Part shown: positions 58,994 through 64,000 of the stretch, piece after piece | Numbering within the stretch: position 1 is the first letter of the stretch | How the letters are laid out: the number at the start of each line of letters is the position of its first letter | Origin: an uncultured Bacilli bacterium | GTDB lineage: Bacteria > Bacillota_I > Bacilli_A > ML615J-28 > CAG-698 | Direction of reading: 5' to 3' | Assembly: GCA_934096585.1 (NCBI GenBank) | Contig: CAKOMG010000001.1 | Span: 2,256 to 66,255 of the forward strand | Length of the DNA: 64,000 bases | Notes under the pieces: generated by a model | What the model was told of the DNA's origin: nothing | Databases searched by the model: none | The model's input: only the letters and a program-made list of their open reading frames with translations | Program-made: the position numbers and the translations under genes

Positions 58994-59734
58994 CTACTTT
59001 ATATCTATAAAATCTATTCCCTTGTAAGGATGATTAAACCAATCAATGTTTATTTTATCTTTTTTAGTGAAAATAATGTGTGGTTCTACATCTTTAGTTA
59101 ATTGATTTTTTCCTATTAAATCTTTTAAAATATCTGTAAAAGATGCACAACTATCAACAATTTTCACTGGTCCTAAGTATTCAATTATTTGTTTTTTTAA
59201 TAACCTAAAATGAGTACACCCCAAAATTATAGTATCACATTTTCCTTTAATATCTTTTAGAGTATCTGCGATTACTTTCTTAGCATAGTCTGTATCCATA
59301 AGATTTTGTTCACACAATGGCACGAATGCACTCGCTTTAACTCCGATTATATTATTTAAATATTCATCATATGCATGCGATGATACTGTAAAATTTGTAG
59401 CTAAAAGTGCAATTGGTTTAGAACTACTTTTATTAATTTCACGAGCTTTTACGCATGTTGGCTCTATAATTCTATATATTGGAACGTTAGTTTTTAAGTT
59501 TTTCGATGCACATGAAGCGGTATTACAGGCTATAAAAATAGCATCAACACTTTGTTTTTCAAAAAAATTTAGTATTCTTGTAATAATTTTTTCTAATTCT
59601 TCTTGTGTTTTTGTTCCATAAGGAACATAAAAATTATCTCCAACATAAATATATTCTGCTTTTGTTCCCGCTTTTAAAAAGCCATCTAGGACATTTAGTC
59701 CGCCTATTCCGGAATCAAAAATACCTATTTTCAT
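58994..59734 (-). CDS. murI: Glutamate racemase
   Basis: MKIGIFDSGIGGLNVL...IACNTASCAS...ILGCTHF are canonical MurI motifs with both Cys present. Confidence 0.85.
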   Translation of the reverse strand: MKIGIFDSGIGGLNVLDGFLKAGTKAEYIYVGDNFYVPYGTKTQEELEKIITRILNFFEKQSVDAIFIACNTASCASKNLKTNVPIYRIIEPTCVKAREINKSSSKPIALLATNFTVSSHAYDEYLNNIIGVKASAFVPLCEQNLMDTDYAKKVIADTLKDIKGKCDTIILGCTHFRLLKKQIIEYLGPVKIVDSCASFTDILKDLIGKNQLTKDVEPHIIFTKKDKINIDWFNHPYKGIDFIDIK

Positions 59735-59742
59735 ATTTTCTC

Positions 59743-60624
59743 CTAAAAATCTAATTTTTTAAATATTAATGGATATACAAATATAGCTATAAAAATAATA
59801 AGGAAATATCTTATAAAATCTAAAAATGCATAACTACCTATTAATCCAAATAATGGTTTTAATCCTGTTTTTAATCCGAATAAAACTATTAAACCAACTA
59901 CTACTCTTAAGATTTTTTTCCAAACAGGGCCATTTTTTGGATCAAATTTTACCAATTTTGATTCAAGAAATGAACCAGATGCAAATCCCATTAGGCAACC
60001 AATATTTCTAAATGCATTACCATCTCTATAAATAATTAGTGATAAGAATGATAATACAGCTACTCCTAAATAAATATAATCATAAATGTTAGGATTAACT
60101 TTTTTATGTACTAAGTACATAATCGTAGCTATAGTAAATCCAAGTAATGCACCAACAATTACATCAAGTGGCCAATGTACACCTAAATACATTCGTGAAG
60201 CCATAACAAGTAATACTAAAATAATTGATAAAATCCATAGTTTCTTTTTATTATAATTTAAGGCTAGTGTAAAACAAGTAACACTTATGTTTTGTGAATG
60301 TCCACTAGGGAATGAATAACTATTCTTTAAATTCACTGTATTTACAAAAATATTATCTACTTCCACAAACCTGATATTCGGATTAGAAATTGGCCTTTCA
60401 ACCTTTGCAATTTCTTTAATTGTTTCATTTAATACTACTGAAGTAAAAGTTGAAAAAGCTAATACTTTTCCAAGATCTTTATTTATTGTCCAATATATTA
60501 TGGGCAGTAAAATAAAAAGAATTGTTCCTTCTCCAAAAAAAGTGAAAAAGGAAAATAAAAAATCAAAGAAACCTGTAAAATTTTCAAATAGTCCTTGGAA
60601 CCATTTCATTATTTCAACTTGCAT
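59743..60624 (-). CDS. PAP2-family membrane phosphatase (PgpB/undecaprenyl-diphosphatase-like)
   Basis: KVERPISNP (KX6RP), SFPSGHS (PSGH), SRMYLGVHWPLD (SRX5HX3D). 8 TM helices. AAGAGG RBS. Confidence 0.75.
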   Translation of the reverse strand: MQVEIMKWFQGLFENFTGFFDFLFSFFTFFGEGTILFILLPIIYWTINKDLGKVLAFSTFTSVVLNETIKEIAKVERPISNPNIRFVEVDNIFVNTVNLKNSYSFPSGHSQNISVTCFTLALNYNKKKLWILSIILVLLVMASRMYLGVHWPLDVIVGALLGFTIATIMYLVHKKVNPNIYDYIYLGVAVLSFLSLIIYRDGNAFRNIGCLMGFASGSFLESKLVKFDPKNGPVWKKILRVVVGLIVLFGLKTGLKPLFGLIGSYAFLDFIRYFLIIFIAIFVYPLIFKKLDF

Positions 60625-60735
60625 AAAAAAACCTCTTATATTTAGTATTATACCATAGATTAATTAAATTTTCAATTTAATTTATTAATTTCGAAAAATA
60701 TGGTATAATATATAATATAAGAAAGGATTTATATT

Positions 60736-61650
60736 ATGAATTTAAATGATTATCTTGTTATTAGTGAAAAGGTGAAAGAAGCATTAAAAAATAATAAACC
60801 AATAGTAGCATTGGAATCAACTATTATTAGTCATGGTATGCCTTATCCAAAAAACGTTGAAACGGCGTTGCAATGTGAACAAATAATTTTAGATAATGGT
60901 TGTATCCCAGCAACAATTGCCATTATAAATGGCAAATTAAAAGTAGGATTATCACATGACGAAATTGATTACTTAGGACGCGAAGGAAGAAATGTAACTA
61001 AAGTTTCACGTCGTGATATTCCATATATTCTTGCTTTAAATAAAAATGGAGCAACTACAGTTTCAGCAACAATGTATATTGCTAGTCTTGCTAATATAAA
61101 AATATTTGCAACTGGAGGAATTGGAGGCGTTCATCGCGGTGCTGAACTTACAATGGATATCTCTTGTGACTTAGAAGAATTAGGCAAAACAAATGTCAAT
61201 GTTGTATGTGCCGGAGCAAAAGCAATACTTGATTTGCCAAAGACTTTAGAATATTTAGAGACTAAAGGAGTATTAGTAATAGGCTATAAAACTGAAAAGT
61301 TACCTGCATTCTACTCTTCTTCTTCTGAATATAACGTTGATATAAAAGTTGACGACCCATTAACAATTGCGAAAATTATTAATGTTAAAAGAGCAGTAGG
61401 ACTAAATGGAGGTATATTAATTACCAACCCAATTCCAAAAGAATTTGAAGTTCCACATGAAGTCATAGACAAAGTTATTGATGAAGCAATCAAAGAAATG
61501 AATGATTTAGGAATTCATGGTAAAGAATCAACTCCATTCTTACTTGCCAAAATATGTGAATTAACTCATGGGACAAGTCTTGAATCCAATATTAAATTAG
61601 TATTTAATAATTGTAGATTGGCATGTGAAATCAGTAAGGGAATAGAATAA
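60736..61650 (+). CDS. psuG: Pseudouridine-5'-phosphate glycosidase
   Basis: ISEKVKEAL...PIVALESTIISHGMPYP...ATGGIGGVHRG are PsuG (IndA-like) motifs. 304 aa. Confidence 0.85.
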   Translation: MNLNDYLVISEKVKEALKNNKPIVALESTIISHGMPYPKNVETALQCEQIILDNGCIPATIAIINGKLKVGLSHDEIDYLGREGRNVTKVSRRDIPYILALNKNGATTVSATMYIASLANIKIFATGGIGGVHRGAELTMDISCDLEELGKTNVNVVCAGAKAILDLPKTLEYLETKGVLVIGYKTEKLPAFYSSSSEYNVDIKVDDPLTIAKIINVKRAVGLNGGILITNPIPKEFEVPHEVIDKVIDEAIKEMNDLGIHGKESTPFLLAKICELTHGTSLESNIKLVFNNCRLACEISKGIE

Positions 61651-62801
61651 TGAAAAAAATTTTAGGCCTTGTTTTAGAACTTAATCCATTTCATTTAGGT
61701 CATGAGTATTTTATTAATGAAGCAAAAAAAATAGTTAATCCCGATGTAACAATCACAGTAATTTCAAGTAATTTCACAATGCGTGGTGAACCAATGTTAA
61801 TTGATAAGTTTAGCAAGACTAAAATGTTAATTGATAATGGATGTTCAGATTTAGTTCTTGAACTCCCTTTTATTAGTGGTGTAAATAGTAGTGATTTTTT
61901 CACTAAAAATAGTATCAGTATTTTGCATGACTTTCAGATAACTGATCTATGCTTTGGAGCAGAAACTGATGACATAAATATTCTTTATCAAATTATTGAT
62001 ATTTTAGATTCTAATAGTTATAAAATTAAATTGAAAGAATATTTAGATAAAGGTTTTTCTTTTTCAACAAGTTCATTTAAAGCTATTCAAAGCGACACAA
62101 CAGATATAGAAATTTTAAAACAATATCCCCTTCCTAATAATACTTTAGCAATAGGATATTTACGTGCTATTAAAGGAACAAATATAAAACCACATATTAT
62201 CAAACGCATTGATAACGATTATTATGATGAAAATATCAATGATAATGGCTTTTGTAGCGCTAGTTCATTAAGAAAACTAATTGATGAAAACAAGAGCATA
62301 GATAAATATGTACCAAGTTTCATAAATAATTATAATATTTATACTCCTTCTATTTTAAACAACAATCTATTCTACTTATTACGCTATCGTTTACTAAGTA
62401 ATAATCTAAATAATATTTCATTAGTTTATGAAGGAATAGAAAATAGATTAATAAGTTTTATTCATCTAAATACTTATGAAGAATTTATAAAAAATGTACA
62501 AACAAAAAGGTATCCAGAAAATAAAATTAGAAGATTAATTCTTCATATTTTATTAGATATACCAAAAAATTATGATTATGAATACACTTATTACTTAAGA
62601 GTTTTAGGAATGAATAGCCGTGGAAAAAAACACATTTCCAATTTGCCAAAAGAAATTAAAGAAAAAATAATAACATCTTTTAAAAACAAAAATGAAGAAA
62701 TTATCAAAATAGAATTAACATCTACTAAATTATATGGTATAATATGTAACAATTATGAAATATATAAAGAGGAATTTAATATTCCTTATCGAAAGGACTG
62801 A
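61650..62801 (+). CDS. tmcAL: tRNA(Met) cytidine acetate ligase (TmcAL/YlbM family nucleotidyltransferase)
   Basis: LELNPFHLGHEYF, RGEPMLIDKFSKTKM..DLVLELPF, VQTKRYPENKIRRLILHILL and YLRVLGMNSRGKKHI track block by block with B. subtilis YlbM. ATAATG overlap with psuG. Confidence 0.8.
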   Translation: MKKILGLVLELNPFHLGHEYFINEAKKIVNPDVTITVISSNFTMRGEPMLIDKFSKTKMLIDNGCSDLVLELPFISGVNSSDFFTKNSISILHDFQITDLCFGAETDDINILYQIIDILDSNSYKIKLKEYLDKGFSFSTSSFKAIQSDTTDIEILKQYPLPNNTLAIGYLRAIKGTNIKPHIIKRIDNDYYDENINDNGFCSASSLRKLIDENKSIDKYVPSFINNYNIYTPSILNNNLFYLLRYRLLSNNLNNISLVYEGIENRLISFIHLNTYEEFIKNVQTKRYPENKIRRLILHILLDIPKNYDYEYTYYLRVLGMNSRGKKHISNLPKEIKEKIITSFKNKNEEIIKIELTSTKLYGIICNNYEIYKEEFNIPYRKD

Positions 62802-62806
62802 TAATA

Positions 62807-63805
62807 TTGAATACTTTAGATATTAGAAAAAAAATAGAAAACTTAACTGACGAATCAAGACATGACACATTAAAAAATTTAAATGCTATTAAACACATTG
62901 GAATAGATAGTGAAAGAAATGTTGTCGTTTTAATAATTGAAATTGGTATGATGGGTGGAGATGCTGAACACCATTTAAAAAGAGAACTTGCAAAAGCAAT
63001 TAAATTGGATTTAGGATTCAGTGGTATTAAAATACAATTTCAAGAAGCAAGAAACTTTCAAAACACTTTTAACAAAAGCACTAAATTTATTATTGTTGCT
63101 TCAGGAAAAGGCGGCGTAGGAAAAACATTTGTTTCTGTAAACTTAGCTTATGCCTTAACTCGCCTAGGAAAAAAAGTTGGAGTAATTGATGCCGATATTT
63201 ATGAATCAAGTGTTCCAAAGTATTTAGAGATTCCTTGTACTTCACCACAAGTAAATAGTAGAAACAAAATAATTCCTTATCAATCATTTGGTATTGAAGC
63301 TATTTCAACTGAATTTTTTGCGGATGAAGGCAGGCCAATTGTATGGCGTGGTTCAGTATTAACAAATATGATTAATAATTTCTTCTATCAAGTTGCTTGG
63401 AATAAAGAATTAGATTATATAATTGTTGACGCGGCAACAGGAACTGGTGATGTTTTATTAGATTTAAATAAAATTATTCCTGATGCTGAAGTTTTACTTG
63501 TTACAACTCCCGATAAAACTGCATCTTTCATAGCTACAAAGGCTGGGCTTGCAACTATAGATATGAAACATAAAATTATTGGTGTAGTTGAAAATATGTC
63601 TTATTACTATAATTCTTCAACAAATCAAAAACTAATGTTATTTGGTGAGGGTGGTGGTTTTGAAATGGCTAAAAAACTAGACAGTGAAATGTTAATGCAA
63701 ATACCTTTTGCAAAGCCTAAATATCATGATTATTTATATGAAGAAAATGAAGGCAATGGACAATTATTTAATGACTTAGCTAATATCATATCAATTAGAG
63801 ACTAA
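62807..63805 (+). CDS. Mrp/NBP35-family iron-sulfur cluster carrier ATPase (ApbC) with N-terminal DUF59/MIP18-like domain
   Basis: TTG start after an AAAGGA RBS. IIVASGKGGVGKTFVSVNLAYAL deviant Walker A. The CxxC region appears degenerate. Confidence 0.8.
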   Translation: MNTLDIRKKIENLTDESRHDTLKNLNAIKHIGIDSERNVVVLIIEIGMMGGDAEHHLKRELAKAIKLDLGFSGIKIQFQEARNFQNTFNKSTKFIIVASGKGGVGKTFVSVNLAYALTRLGKKVGVIDADIYESSVPKYLEIPCTSPQVNSRNKIIPYQSFGIEAISTEFFADEGRPIVWRGSVLTNMINNFFYQVAWNKELDYIIVDAATGTGDVLLDLNKIIPDAEVLLVTTPDKTASFIATKAGLATIDMKHKIIGVVENMSYYYNSSTNQKLMLFGEGGGFEMAKKLDSEMLMQIPFAKPKYHDYLYEENEGNGQLFNDLANIISIRD

Positions 63806-63845
63806 AATAATAAGGACAATGAATTATATCATTGTCCTTATTTTT

Positions 63846-64000
63846 TTATTTATGATCTTTATGTTGATGACAGCAACATGATTCTTCATGTTCTTCTTCA
63901 CATTCATCATCACATTCGCAGCAGTCACAATCATCATGATCTTCCGCAAATGATTCTAACATTTCTTCGATTAAATCCCATTCTTCATCAGTTTCAACTG
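63846..64000 (-). CDS. C-terminal fragment of an acidic Cys/His-rich protein (partial, N-terminus outside the window)
   Basis: Minus-strand ORF open to the window edge. It ends ...VETDEEWDLIEEMLESFAEDHDDCDCCECDDECEEEHEESCCCHQHKDHK*. Confidence 0.4.
   Translation of the reverse strand, partial: VETDEEWDLIEEMLESFAEDHDDCDCCECDDECEEEHEESCCCHQHKDHK

Noticed and set aside
1-64000. Possibility of an alternative genetic code (TGA=Trp, Mycoplasma-like) given the very low GC and giant repeat protein
   Set aside because: Standard-code translation gives full-length conserved proteins (Obg, ThyA, PstB and others) ending at their expected positions. TGA stops coincide with expected C-termini.
1-64000. 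CRISPR arrays, transposases, integrases or prophage genes
   Set aside because: No regularly spaced direct repeats were found, and no recombinase or transposase-like ORFs. The tRNA genes are not flanked by integrase genes.

Overview
This is a 64-kb, very AT-rich chromosomal segment that reads cleanly in the standard genetic code. It is gene-dense, mostly on the minus strand, and looks like a low-GC Firmicute (Erysipelotrichia/Clostridia/Acholeplasma-like): AGGAGG-type ribosome-binding sites (RBS), TGnTATAAT extended -10 promoters, lipoprotein lipoboxes and a Spo0A homologue. Most of the window is housekeeping. It holds the obg-rpmA-prp-rplU ribosomal cluster, mtnN-ribF-truB, the complete pstSCAB-phoU plus two-component Pho locus, a T-box-controlled brnQ, folA-thyA-plsC, murI, psuG-tmcAL-mrp, and tRNA-Cys and tRNA-Arg. 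Accessory content includes two tandem fused ABC ATPase/FtsX (MacB-like) transporters, a second MacB-like transporter and a DrrAB-like ABC pair. It also includes a 2258-aa membrane-anchored protein made of two alternating repeat families, and two surface lipoproteins with Listeria-Bacteroides (InlB B-type) repeats, one collagen-like and one with a GDSL esterase domain. The most interesting locus is a compact, translationally coupled six-gene operon at 10.6-14.7 kb: HPr-kinase-like P-loop kinase, PF14907-type nucleotidyltransferase, PqqD-family chaperone, soluble S24/S26-type Ser/Lys peptidase, ABC ATPase and ABC-2 permease. It carries the tailoring enzymes seen in phosphorylated/glycosylated lasso-peptide clusters, but it lacks a lasso cyclase, a B2 protease and any visible precursor gene. 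A CofE-like ligase is transcribed divergently from it. I saw no transposase, integrase or CRISPR array.
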